This document shows positions 33,329 to 43,068 of a stretch of 64,000 nucleotides of DNA, one piece after another. Under the pieces are notes generated by a model that was not told the origin of the DNA, did not search any database, and worked only from the letters and a program-made list of their open reading frames with translations. The first letter of the stretch is position 1, and every line of letters starts with the position of its first letter. The translations under genes and the position numbers were made by a program. The stretch comes from Pseudomonadota bacterium (GTDB lineage: Bacteria; Desulfobacterota; Desulfobacteria; Desulfobacterales; JBDRRP01): contig JBDRRP010000040.1 in assembly GCA_043825735.1 (NCBI GenBank), forward strand, positions 1 through 64,000, written 5' to 3'.

Positions 33329-34500
33329 GCCACCTCCTTGGCCGCCTCGGAGTCGATGGGCGCGCCCCGCACGAGGTCGGGAAAGGTATTCATCCCCCAG
33401 GATACGGCTGCCGCCATGAGCCCCAAAAATCCGATCGAGATGAAAAGGTCCGTCAGGTTCAGGGGCAGGTGTGCCGTATGGTGGTGAAAGGCCGGCCCGG
33501 TCACCAGATAGTGCTCCATCCAGATCGCCACCAGGACTACCGAGCAGATGGCGATCATGGCTTTGGGCATGGTTTTGATCCGCTGGTTGATGAGGATGAG
33601 AAACGGCCCGATGAATCCGGCAATGAACACCCCCCAGGCCAGCGCGTTCCAGGGCTGGGTCATGGTGCGCTCAATGACAAATGAGGTCTCTTCAGGAATG
33701 TTGCCGTACCAGATGACCACGAGCTGGCAGTAGAAGAAGTCGGCCCACAGGAGACAGAAGGCGAAAAACAGCTTGCCGATGTCGTGAAACTGGTTTGGCT
33801 TGAGGGAAAACGCCACGCTGGGGCTGAGATGCAGGAGCGCCGCGGTGATGATGATCCCTGCCAGACCGACATAAATGGCCTTGACGAAGGTATAGGCCCC
33901 GAACAGGGTGGAGTACCAGTGCGGGTCCACGCTCATGATCAGATCGTAGCCCAAGAGGGACAGGATCAGTGCAAAGACCATCAGGTACACGATGGCCAGA
34001 ACGTTCACCCGCCCGCGCACCGCTTCGTTGCCCTGCTTGAGTGCCATGGCGGCCCGCACGTAGGCCAGTCCGGTGCCGTAGAGGATCAAAAGGCCAATGA
34101 GGTCGCGGGTGAAAAGAAACGGCAGGTTGAGCCAGACTTCCTTGCCGTGCAGGTCGTGATGGAGCCCGGGTAACACATGGGCGTGGCCTGCCAGCATGAT
34201 GACAAAGAGCGCCACCGATACGGGGAAAAACGCCGTGAAGGATTCGGCCACGCCGGACAGCGGCCCGCTCCACCGGGCCCGGGTGGTGTGCATGATGGCG
34301 GAAAAGACAAGCCCCCCCTGAGCGATGCCGGAAAAGACCATAAAATTGATGAGGTAAACCTGCCACGCCTTTCCCGGATGGCCGCCGAATACTTCCAGGG
34401 CAAAGGCCGCAAGGCCGATGATTACCATGACCAGAAAGACGACAAAGGCCGGCTTGCCAATGATGGGGGTGCGCGCGTTGGCGGCCGTGTCAGCGGGCAT
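33325..34500 (-). CDS. actF: Alternative complex III subunit ActF
   Basis: WLNLPF, DLIMSVDPHWYSTLFG, HDIGKL, QLVVIWYGNIPEE. Confidence 0.85.
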   Translation of the reverse strand: MPADTAANARTPIIGKPAFVVFLVMVIIGLAAFALEVFGGHPGKAWQVYLINFMVFSGIAQGGLVFSAIMHTTRARWSGPLSGVAESFTAFFPVSVALFVIMLAGHAHVLPGLHHDLHGKEVWLNLPFLFTRDLIGLLILYGTGLAYVRAAMALKQGNEAVRGRVNVLAIVYLMVFALILSLLGYDLIMSVDPHWYSTLFGAYTFVKAIYVGLAGIIITAALLHLSPSVAFSLKPNQFHDIGKLFFAFCLLWADFFYCQLVVIWYGNIPEETSFVIERTMTQPWNALAWGVFIAGFIGPFLILINQRIKTMPKAMIAICSVVLVAIWMEHYLVTGPAFHHHTAHLPLNLTDLFISIGFLGLMAAAVSWGMNTFPDLVRGAPIDSEAAKEVA

Positions 34501-35008
34501 CGGGCACCTCCCGGGTTTGCGCGCCGTTTTCTTGAAAGAAAGCGGTCAGATCGATTTTGCCTTCTGCCCCGCAGGTGGCCACGATACCGTAATGCTCGCC
34601 GGAGCATCGGGGATCGTAGTGATCCATCCCTCGGTAGTCCGGCAGCCGGGCGAAGGCGATGAGCCCCATCACATTGGCCAGGACGGCAAACAAAATCGTG
34701 CACTCGAAGCCCACGATGAAAAAGGGCACCAGTGCCACCACCGGTTTGCCGCTGACGATAAGGCCCCAGCGCGAAGCGGTGAAGGCCGCCAGCAGAAAGC
34801 CGATGAAAAATCCGGCGACGCCGCCGCATAAGGTGATCCATCCGATCAGGCTCTTTTTTGCGGACAGGGCCGCTGCGATCTTGTGACTGGGGATGGGGCT
34901 GTGCACCCCGGTGATCCGCCAGTCCGAACGCGCCTTGAGGCGCCGGATCGTTTCGGCCGCCCGGTTTTCATCGGTGAACAGGCCGATGATGTGTGTTTCA
35001 GCCGGCAT
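34490..35008 (-). CDS. actD: Alternative complex III subunit ActD (DUF3341)
   Basis: HSPIP, IVSGKP...PFFIVGFECTILFA, YDPRCS. Confidence 0.85.
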   Translation of the reverse strand: MPAETHIIGLFTDENRAAETIRRLKARSDWRITGVHSPIPSHKIAAALSAKKSLIGWITLCGGVAGFFIGFLLAAFTASRWGLIVSGKPVVALVPFFIVGFECTILFAVLANVMGLIAFARLPDYRGMDHYDPRCSGEHYGIVATCGAEGKIDLTAFFQENGAQTREVPDAR

Positions 35009-36314
35009 GGTGGCCTCCTTCGTGCAGCGTTTCCTTGATCTCGGTCATGGAGATGGCGGGCAGGTGTTTGACGAACAGCAGAAAGAGGAAAAAGAAGAGG
35101 CAGAAACTGCCGATCATGATGCCGAACTCGACCGCCGTCGGGGTGTAGTGCCCCCAGGCGTTGGGGATGAAGTCGTGGGCCACGCTGGTGACGATGATGA
35201 CAAAGCGCTCGTACCACATCCCGACGTTCACCAGAATAGAGACGATGAGCAGTTTCGGGATCGAGGTGCGCACCGATTTGAAGAAAAGCGTGAGCGGTAC
35301 GACGGTGTTGCAGATGACCATGATCCAGAAGCCCACCCGGTAGTCTCCGGTAGCGCGCCATTTGAAGATGGCAGCCTCGACCGGGTTGTGGCTGTACCAG
35401 GCGATGAAAAACTCGGTGCCGTAAGCAAAGGCGACGATGAGCCCCGTGAAGATGATGGTCTTGGCCACGGCTTCAAGCACCCCCATGGTGATGATTGACT
35501 CGCAGTTGAGGATGCGCCGCAGGGGGATCATGAGGGTGAGCACCATGGCGAGCCCGGAATGGATGGCGCCGGCCACGAAGTAAGGGGCGAAAATGGTGGT
35601 GTGCCAGCCCGGGACGACGCCGAGAGCGAAGTCCCAGGACACGACGCTGTGCACGGAGATGACGAGCGGTGTTGCCAGGGCCGCAAAGAACAGATAGGCC
35701 CGGCTGTAGTGCCGCCACTGTTCCCACGCGCCGGTCCAGCCGAGGCTTAGGACGGTGAAGATCTTTTTGCGCATGCCGGTGGCATTGTCCCTCACCACTG
35801 CCAGGTCCGGGAGCATGCCGGTGTACCAGAACAGCGAGCTCACCGTCAGGTACGTGCTGATGGCGACCACGTCGAACATGAGCGGCGACTGGAAGTTGGG
35901 CCACAGGGTCCGCTGGTTGGGCACGGGGAGCATGTAGAAGACCAGCCAGACTCGTCCAAGGTGGATAAACGGGTAGAGACCGGCCGTGCACACGGCAAAG
36001 ACGGTCATGGTCTCAGCCGCCCGGGCGATGGGATTGCGCCATCCGGCCCGAAACAGGTGGAGAATCGCCGAGATCAGGGTGCCCGAATGGGCGATACCCA
36101 CCCAGAATACGAAGTTGATGAGATAGGTGCCCCAGTGGATGGGGGTGTTCATGCCGGCGACCCCGACTCCCACGAGGATCTGGTAAAGCCAGCAGGAGGC
36201 CCCTCCCAGGATGCCTAAGATTAGCAGGGCGATGGTCAGCCAGTAGGCGCGCCCGGGGGGCTTGAGCGTGTCCAGGACGATGCGGTCAACCTTGCTGAAC
36301 GTCAGTTCGGACAT
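34998..36314 (-). CDS. actC: Alternative complex III subunit ActC (NrfD family)
   Basis: NFVFWVGIAHSGTLISAIL, HLGR.W, SPLMFDVVAISTY, SVHSVVSWDFA...PGWHTTIFAPYFVAGA. Confidence 0.92.
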   Translation of the reverse strand: MSELTFSKVDRIVLDTLKPPGRAYWLTIALLILGILGGASCWLYQILVGVGVAGMNTPIHWGTYLINFVFWVGIAHSGTLISAILHLFRAGWRNPIARAAETMTVFAVCTAGLYPFIHLGRVWLVFYMLPVPNQRTLWPNFQSPLMFDVVAISTYLTVSSLFWYTGMLPDLAVVRDNATGMRKKIFTVLSLGWTGAWEQWRHYSRAYLFFAALATPLVISVHSVVSWDFALGVVPGWHTTIFAPYFVAGAIHSGLAMVLTLMIPLRRILNCESIITMGVLEAVAKTIIFTGLIVAFAYGTEFFIAWYSHNPVEAAIFKWRATGDYRVGFWIMVICNTVVPLTLFFKSVRTSIPKLLIVSILVNVGMWYERFVIIVTSVAHDFIPNAWGHYTPTAVEFGIMIGSFCLFFFLFLLFVKHLPAISMTEIKETLHEGGHHAG

Positions 36315-36330
36315 GGGGTCATTTCCGTTG

Positions 36331-39267
36331 CTACAGGTCGTGGACGACCTTTTTAAGGTAGATGACAGCCGGTTTGGTGTTCAGATATCCCATGACCTGG
36401 TAGGCCCGGGGGTCTGCCGCCAGTTGCCGGATGCGGCTTTCGGGATCCATGAAGCTGCCGAACGTCAGCGCCCCGGTCGGGCAGGTCTGCACGCACGCCG
36501 GCACCACTTCACCGTCTGCGATGGCCCGCGCCTCGTTTTTGGCCGTGCCGTGGGCCTCCTTGATCCGCTGGATGCAAAAAGAGCACTTTTCCATGACCCC
36601 CTTGCTGCGAACGGTTACGTTGGGGTTGAGCTGAAGATTCATGGGTTTGGGCCATTGCCAGGTGTACCAGTTGAAGCGGCGGACTTTGTACGGGCAGTTC
36701 TGGGCGCAGAACCGGGTGCCGATACAGCGGTTGTAGATCTGGTTATTGAGACCTTCCTTGGAGTGGTGCGGCGCGTAGACCGGGCATACCGATTCGCACG
36801 GGGCGTTGTCGCAGTGCTGGCACATCATCGGTAAAAATGAGATGCGGTTGCCATCGGCCGGCGCGACGTAGCGCTCGATGCGCATCCAGGCCATCTCACG
36901 GCCTCTTCGGATCTGGTCTTCGCCGGCGATACCGATGTTGTTTTCCGCATAGCAGGCCACCGCGCAGGCGCCGCAGCCGACGCACCGGTCCAGGTCCACC
37001 ACCATTCCCCATCGGTAGCCCTCATGGTCGTGGGGCGGATAGAAATCGCGCTTGGGATCGTAGCCTTCGGCAATGGGCAGGGTCAGGGGAAAATTGTCCA
37101 TGGTGAGCCCTGCGGGTTCGGCCGCCGGCGGATCGATCAGATCGGCCACCGCAACGCTGAGGGCGATTTTCCGGTCGTGTTGTTCACGGCTGCCATCGGT
37201 ATGAGCTAACGCACCTTTTTCCCCGGTCGAGAGGATTGTCACCGGCGTCACCATCAGCAGGGGGCCGTCGGATACGTGCTGCCGCTCGGACGGCAGCACA
37301 TCCAGCGGGTTGGTGCCCACGCCTTCGGCCCAGCGGCCACCGGCGGTTCTGCCTTGGCCCATGTGCATGGCCAGCAGACCGGGGACCACATCAGCGCTTT
37401 CATAAACGGGAGCGCCCACCCGTCCCCACTTGGACTGAATCCGGACCATGTCGCCCTGTGCGATACCCAGTTTGGCGGCGGTATCCGGATGGATGACCAC
37501 CGGGTTTTGCCAGGCGGTGCTGGTGATGGGGTCCGGGACTTCGCACAACCAGGGACGGTTGGCATTGCGGCCGTCGAAAAATCGCAGAGACGGCACCGCG
37601 GTGAAGGCCAGGTCCGAGGCCGGCACATCGACAATGCGATGAAACAGATCGGCAAAGGAGGCGGCCGGAACCGGCGGAGTGTCGCGGGCGACCGGTGCAC
37701 CGGGCGCGTCGAACCGGCCACCGGTCTGGATGACGTCCAGCCAGTCCATTTCAGAAGAGACGCTGCCTTTTCTGAGCATCTGGGCATAGAGCCATTCCCG
37801 GGCGCGGGTGTCATGGCGCGGCCCGGGCACTGAGCTGTCCAGCAGGATTTCCACCAGGTGCGGGGCGTCTGTGAGCGCGCCCATGGCGGGCTGGAGCGTC
37901 CCCGTGACGCCGTCCCTGCCGCTGTAGTCGTCCCAGGATTCCAGCGGCAGGCGAACGGGGATCACCAGATCGGCCAGGGCTGCGGTTTCATCCATAAACG
38001 CCGAAAAACAGACGGTGAAAAAGGCTGGGCTTTGAAGCACCCGCGCCTGGGATCCCTTGGGGAGTGCATAGACGGGGTTGACGTTGTTGAGCAGCACCAG
38101 ATCGGCGTCACCGGATTTCAAGGACTGAAAAAAAGCGGCAATGTCACCCCGGCTGGCGGCGATTTCCACCCGGTGGCGGTGCTCCATGTCGATGAGCCGC
38201 AGCGTGGGATCCAGGATCAGATTCAACAGGTTGGCGGCCATGTCCGTCTGGACGCTGTTGGCCACCGCCGGCCCTGTACCCAGGATCAGGGGGGCCGTTG
38301 CCGCCATCAGGCAGTCTTTGAGTCGCGTGAAGTCTCTCGCTGAAATGCCGGTAGCGGCCTGAACGGCTGCGTCATCGTAGCGCTCGGATACCTGCTGGAT
38401 GCGCTGGTAGATGACTGGGGGCAGCTCGCGGCCTTTGCCCGCGGCAACGGCGTGGCGCAGCAGCCCCAGTGCAATCGCTACCTCCGAACCGGGCCGGCAG
38501 GCCAGCCAGTGGTCGGCATTGGCGCCGGTGAGGGTCCGACAGGCGCTGATGTGGAAAAACCGGGCTTTGCGCCCCTGGGCAAAACGGTGCATTTCTTTGA
38601 ACTTGCGGGTGTACTCCACCGGCGAGAGCCAAGTGTCGAGAAAATCGGCACCGAAAGACACCAGGCAATCGGACGCATCTATCCGGTAGGAAGGTAGACC
38701 GTCCACCTGGAAAATATCTCGGTTGGCCGCCTTGAGCGATTCATAGGCAACCGGCTCGAACACGATCGGTTTACCGGAGTGCCAGGTCTTGAGAACTGCC
38801 GCGGCCGTGGCCATAAAGCTTTCACCGGCGACTTCCGTCATGAGCTTGACGCGGTCCCGGCCCTTGGCGGCAGCCGCTGCACCTTTGCTGCGGATCATGC
38901 CGACAGCTTCCTCGGTGGTGACGGGCTGCCATTTTTCGCCCTTCTTCACCATGGGCGTGGTGAGCCGATCGGGGTGATAAACGGCCTGCAGGGCGGCCTG
39001 ACCGCGCATGCACAGCGCACCCTGATTGATGGGGCTCAAGGGGTTGCCCTCGAGCTTGATGACCCGCCCTTCGCGGTTTTTGGCGATGACACCGCAGCCG
39101 GCCGGGCATTCGCGGCAGGTGGTGGCGTACCAGGCGGCCTTTCCGGTGACCATGTCGTCCGGGGCGTTGACCAGTGTGTAGAGGTGTTTTTCCGCATCCG
39201 GCGAGCAGCCCGCAGCGATGGACAGGGAGCCGATTCCGGCGATTTTCAGAAAGGTGCGTCTTTTCAT
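36331..39267 (-). CDS. actB: Alternative complex III subunit ActB (Tat-exported molybdopterin-oxidoreductase-like + Fe-S fusion)
   Basis: MKRRTFLK twin-arginine signal; C-terminal CVGCGAC, CQHCDNAPCESVCP, CIGTRFCAQNCPY, RSKGVMEKCSFC. Confidence 0.9.
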   Translation of the reverse strand: MKRRTFLKIAGIGSLSIAAGCSPDAEKHLYTLVNAPDDMVTGKAAWYATTCRECPAGCGVIAKNREGRVIKLEGNPLSPINQGALCMRGQAALQAVYHPDRLTTPMVKKGEKWQPVTTEEAVGMIRSKGAAAAAKGRDRVKLMTEVAGESFMATAAAVLKTWHSGKPIVFEPVAYESLKAANRDIFQVDGLPSYRIDASDCLVSFGADFLDTWLSPVEYTRKFKEMHRFAQGRKARFFHISACRTLTGANADHWLACRPGSEVAIALGLLRHAVAAGKGRELPPVIYQRIQQVSERYDDAAVQAATGISARDFTRLKDCLMAATAPLILGTGPAVANSVQTDMAANLLNLILDPTLRLIDMEHRHRVEIAASRGDIAAFFQSLKSGDADLVLLNNVNPVYALPKGSQARVLQSPAFFTVCFSAFMDETAALADLVIPVRLPLESWDDYSGRDGVTGTLQPAMGALTDAPHLVEILLDSSVPGPRHDTRAREWLYAQMLRKGSVSSEMDWLDVIQTGGRFDAPGAPVARDTPPVPAASFADLFHRIVDVPASDLAFTAVPSLRFFDGRNANRPWLCEVPDPITSTAWQNPVVIHPDTAAKLGIAQGDMVRIQSKWGRVGAPVYESADVVPGLLAMHMGQGRTAGGRWAEGVGTNPLDVLPSERQHVSDGPLLMVTPVTILSTGEKGALAHTDGSREQHDRKIALSVAVADLIDPPAAEPAGLTMDNFPLTLPIAEGYDPKRDFYPPHDHEGYRWGMVVDLDRCVGCGACAVACYAENNIGIAGEDQIRRGREMAWMRIERYVAPADGNRISFLPMMCQHCDNAPCESVCPVYAPHHSKEGLNNQIYNRCIGTRFCAQNCPYKVRRFNWYTWQWPKPMNLQLNPNVTVRSKGVMEKCSFCIQRIKEAHGTAKNEARAIADGEVVPACVQTCPTGALTFGSFMDPESRIRQLAADPRAYQVMGYLNTKPAVIYLKKVVHDL

Positions 39268-39395
39268 GAATCCGGTACTCCCTCGGAAAGAGGTGGTTCG
39301 CTGATGACTACCGGCCGATGATGCTGTCGTGCGGATGATGCGGGCCGGCCATTTGGAGAGGGGCAAGAAAATGGCGGCACCCGCAAGTGCCCCGG

Positions 39396-39424
39396 ATTAT
39401 ATGGAAGGGGGCCTGGGGTGTCAA
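39396..39424 (-). promoter_or_regulatory. Consensus sigma-70 promoter of the act-cco operon
   Basis: Exact TTGACA-N17-TATAAT on the minus strand, about 130 bp upstream of actB. Confidence 0.8.
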
Positions 39425-39544
39425 GCCGGCTGATGCGTCTGACAGGGATTGGGGTATTGATACCTATCGTTTCACTATGATACCGGCGGCGGATTGTTCT
39501 TTTCTTCCCTCCCGGCCTCGGTCGGCGGTACGGCTGGTCGACGG

Positions 39545-40393
39545 TCAGCCGGTCAGGGGCAGGCCGGCCGCTTCGAAGATGGGCCGAAGATGCGCCAGGC
39601 TTTCGCGGCCGGCGGTTTCGGGCATGTCCACGTAGGGATAGAGCTCCAGGCTGATATCACCCGCGTATTCCAGCCGGACCATGGCTTCGAAGACACCGGC
39701 GAAGTCGATGGCGCCGAGACCGGGGATGAGATGGTTGTGCTTGCGGGTGGGGGCGATGTCTTCGATGTGGACGTGGCCCACCCATTCGAACAGCGTCTCA
39801 AAGGCGGTGCGGGGGTCTTCACCAGCGCAGAAGAAGTGGCCGATGTCGAAGTTGATGCCCACCCAGGGCGAGCGGACTTCTTTAATGAATTCTTTGAATT
39901 CTGAGGAGTTTTCCAGCAGCAGATCAGGTTCGGGCTCCACAAGCAGGCGAATGCCCAGCGCTTCTGCTTGAGGGGCCACCCGCTCGATGCCCCGGTGAAA
40001 CAAGGCCATGGCGGCTTTCCGGTCCATTCCGTCCAGGGGGCCTCCCGGGGGGATGGAAATGTTTGCGCATCCCAGGGTTTTAGCCACGTGCAGCGAGGCC
40101 AGGGTGTGGCGGATGCGGATTTCCCGTCGGTGGGCTTCGGGTTCAATCCAACTGGGCAGATAGGTGTCTCCTACGGCGAACAGGGTGAAGCTGTTGAGAT
40201 TGGTGACTTTCAGGTTGAGTGCGGTGAGCTGGCGACCGAGCGCGGCCAGATCCTCAGGGGCGTATTCAGGCGGATACAGGTGCGGGCTGTCGCACATGAT
40301 TTCCACGCCGCCGAATCCGAGCGCGGCGATCTTGTCCAGTGCTTCGGGTAGTGAGAATTTGGTAAATGCGTTGGTGCTGTAGCCGAAGATCAT
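39545..40393 (-). CDS. Sugar phosphate isomerase/epimerase (AP-endonuclease-2 TIM barrel)
   Basis: EPEP, NFDIGH, HVHIED...H, LELY metal ligands. Confidence 0.88.
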   Translation of the reverse strand: MIFGYSTNAFTKFSLPEALDKIAALGFGGVEIMCDSPHLYPPEYAPEDLAALGRQLTALNLKVTNLNSFTLFAVGDTYLPSWIEPEAHRREIRIRHTLASLHVAKTLGCANISIPPGGPLDGMDRKAAMALFHRGIERVAPQAEALGIRLLVEPEPDLLLENSSEFKEFIKEVRSPWVGINFDIGHFFCAGEDPRTAFETLFEWVGHVHIEDIAPTRKHNHLIPGLGAIDFAGVFEAMVRLEYAGDISLELYPYVDMPETAGRESLAHLRPIFEAAGLPLTG

Positions 40394-40612
40394 CGGGGAG
40401 GGTCCTTTCAAAAAATCCAGAGCCGGTAGCCTGCGATGATCAAGTGCCACAGGAAGCGGCAATTTTCAACACTCAATGCTTATGACGGCGTTTCCCTTTT
40501 AGGATAAAACCACCGGAGTGTAGCGAAACCCATTTGAACATTGGGCATCGGTAGTATCCGCGAAAAGCGTTTCCATCAGCCGTCGACGCACGCCGCCTTT
40601 AGTGCCGCTTTC

Positions 40613-40730
40613 CGTCATTCCGGCGACCTGTCCGCCATAGCGCAGCGACGGCGGAAGACCGGAAGCCAGTATTTTCAGGAGTTTTCGGCCTGTCTTGGAA
40701 ACCCGATGTGGCGCACGGGGTTTTCAGACG
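40613..40730. repeat. Degenerate CGTC-type palindromic element
   Basis: cgtcattccggc...ccggaagccag and gtcttggaaacccg...cggggttttcagac. Confidence 0.55.
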
Positions 40731-40780
40731 GATACCGCCAGGGCGCGTCTGAGTAATAAGGCGCAATTGCGGTTCCGATG

Positions 40781-41926
40781 TCAAAAGCCGCACCGGGCGC
40801 CCAGCGCCGCCAGACGCGCCGTTTGCTCCTGGAACGTCACGGGCGGGCGCTGGCCCACGGGTTTTTTGAAAAAGAAGCCCAGATCCGGGACGGCGCCGCC
40901 GATGCCGGCATCCTTGAGGGCCGCCACCCAGCGGGCCAGGTCGACGACCATGGGCGCGGCCAGGATGGAATCCCTGCCCTGCAGATTGATTCGGATGCTC
41001 ATGGGCATGTCGAAGAGACCTTTGAGATCGATGACGTCCCAGGCTTCCTTGGCATCGCCCCGGGGCGGGTAGTAGTCGATGCGCACCGTGTGAGTGGGCT
41101 CGCCGGCGTCGTTTTCCACCCGGTAGCCCAGGACCTCGTTGAGCAGGTGCGTCTTGTTGGCGAGTTTGCCGCTGCAGCGGCCCGGGTCCATGAGATTGCG
41201 GCCATCGGCGTTGCCCAGGATGTTGGTGCTGTACCAGCCGTCGACTGCCAGATTCCGGGCGCGGAAGGCCGACGCCAGTACCACTTTGAGGAAGGTCTGA
41301 CCGGTTTTGCCGTCACGGCCGGCCACGGGTACCCCGCGGGATGCGGCTTCGGCGAGGACCCAGGGCAGTTCCACCGTGTTGGGGGTGAAGTTGACCACCG
41401 GCACCCCTTCTCTGACGGCGGCCGCCACGTAGGCCAGATCCGGCAGCTGCGCAGCCGCGGCAGGATCGATGTCTTCGGGGCCGGCGCAGGCCGTGAAGTC
41501 CGGATCACAAGCCGCGGGCAGCAGGTTCACCAAAACAGCCCGGGCGGTGCCGGCGTCCGCCATGAACTGCCGGATATCGGCCCGCAGCCGGGCCACCTGG
41601 GCGCTCATGCCGGCTTCGGTTTCCGGGGCCGTCTTTACCGGGATCCGATCCAGGCGCTGCCCCAGGATGGCGATGCTGTCCTTCGGTACGACGCCCCGGG
41701 CGGCGATGCAGTCCCGAAATGGGATCGGCCGGGTATCCCAGCCGGCGACCCGCATGCCCGCCAGGGGGCCAAGGCCGGTAAAGGCCTCGGCCGTCGTGAG
41801 ATACGGTGTAACGCGCTGCGGGGCGGCTTCAAGGGCGGTAACGGCGGCGGCCACGGTGCTGCCGACGGCGCCTTGGATGCCGGCCACCAGCAGCAATAGC
41901 GGTGGGTTTGCCTTGTCTGGGATCAT
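40781..41926 (-). CDS. ino1: myo-inositol-1-phosphate synthase family protein
   Basis: GRDGKTGQT, WYSTNILGNADG, GDAKEAWD, RDSILAAP, FFFKKP. Confidence 0.88.
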   Translation of the reverse strand: MIPDKANPPLLLLVAGIQGAVGSTVAAAVTALEAAPQRVTPYLTTAEAFTGLGPLAGMRVAGWDTRPIPFRDCIAARGVVPKDSIAILGQRLDRIPVKTAPETEAGMSAQVARLRADIRQFMADAGTARAVLVNLLPAACDPDFTACAGPEDIDPAAAAQLPDLAYVAAAVREGVPVVNFTPNTVELPWVLAEAASRGVPVAGRDGKTGQTFLKVVLASAFRARNLAVDGWYSTNILGNADGRNLMDPGRCSGKLANKTHLLNEVLGYRVENDAGEPTHTVRIDYYPPRGDAKEAWDVIDLKGLFDMPMSIRINLQGRDSILAAPMVVDLARWVAALKDAGIGGAVPDLGFFFKKPVGQRPPVTFQEQTARLAALGARCGF

Positions 41927-41962
41927 CAGATCGTCTCCGGAGTAACTGCGTAAAACCGGCTG

Positions 41963-41991
41963 AATTTAATGAAACGGGCCATTTTTGTCAA
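41963..41991 (-). promoter_or_regulatory. Putative sigma-70 promoter for ino1
   Basis: TTGACA-N17-TAAATT. Confidence 0.55.
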
Positions 41992-42076
41992 GGCATCGGC
42001 GCCGCTGCGCGGCGCCGATATGGTCAGTGGTGGACGCTTCGGGGCGGGACCTGCCGATGTCATCCTCAATCTATTG

Positions 42077-42177
42077 TCTGCGGTCTTTGCGTCTTTGCGA
42101 GAGTCATTTCTTTTGTTTTCGAACACAAGGTTCGCCGGTACGGCGTAGGTGAGGGCAAACACTAGGTTCGCCCCTAC
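42077..42177. repeat. CTTTGCG-type arm followed by tandem GTAG-type REPs
   Basis: 42077-42121 matches 255-300. Minus strand GTAGGGGCGAACCTAGTGTTTGCCC at 42153-42177, plus a decayed copy at 42118-42141. Confidence 0.7.
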
Positions 42178-42235
42178 GGTTGACACTGGTAAATCCGACC
42201 CTTACCGTTCGTAAAAAGACAAAAAAGGAGGCATC

Positions 42236-42457
42236 ATGAGCGATCAGGAAAAATGCATATTCAACTGCGCCACCTGCGGCGGCACCGTGGTGATCAACTC
42301 CGCGGCGCCCAGCGAGACTCCGGAATGCTGCGGCGCGCCTATGGGAAAACAGGCGGATAGCGGCGGCCTGGACCAGTGCACCGCCCCCAGCAGCGCCCAG
42401 TACAGCCGGCATGACAATTTTGATGATGCGTGTGATGACGGCCGCTCCGGCTCGTGA
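42236..42457 (+). CDS. Small Cys-rich protein with a desulforedoxin-like CxxC...CCG motif
   Basis: AGGAGG RBS; CATCG...PECCGAPM. Confidence 0.75.
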   Translation: MSDQEKCIFNCATCGGTVVINSAAPSETPECCGAPMGKQADSGGLDQCTAPSSAQYSRHDNFDDACDDGRSGS

Positions 42458-42780
42458 CCATCCACAGACGGCATCTTTTGGCTCAGAGCGGCGTTCTCAC
42501 ACCTTTTGACATTCCGCCAAAAACCGATGGCGGACAAGCCTCGATCCGCCGGAGGTCGCCATTTATAGCCTCGTCATCGGGATCGATGTTTTTCAAGGAC
42601 GATACCGATACCGGTTCCGGCATCCACCATGACCCGTTGTGCAAACCGAACGTATTGATGACGATGGCCATATATGCATTTCCCCACCGGTTCCTTTACG
42701 ATAAAGGAAATCAAAATCGCCAGCGAACCGAATGCTTTTTCAATCCGCTGAAATCCTGCTGATTAAGGGATATTACGTAT

Positions 42781-43068
42781 AGTGGCGAATACTTTTCTCT
42801 CGGCGCCGGTGCGGACATCTCACCGTTACTCGTGGGGCTGGAGGGCGACCTTTGCCAAAGTCCACACTGGTGGGGCAACCTGCTGCAGGGGGAACTTACC
42901 GTTACCTACGCAGACGGCAACCAGGAAATGGTCAACGGCGGCGACCTGTTTTACTGGCCACCCGGTCACACGGTCAAAGTCGGCCAGGATGCTGAGGTTG
43001 TTCTGTTCAGCCTGCAGGACGAGCATAGCAAGGCCATAAATCACATGCTGGGCACGATGGGCGCTTAA
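42781..43068 (+). pseudogene. Cupin-like protein, probably 5'-truncated
   Basis: In-frame SGEYFSLGAGADISPLLVGLEGDLCQSPHW...FYWPPGH. An upstream in-frame stop at 42760 and no ATG/RBS before the conserved-looking part. Confidence 0.55.

Noticed and set aside
32696..39267. Qrc complex instead of ACIII
   Set aside because: The fused B subunit plus ActD- and ActF-type genes are ACIII features; Qrc has separate B and C subunits and one membrane subunit.
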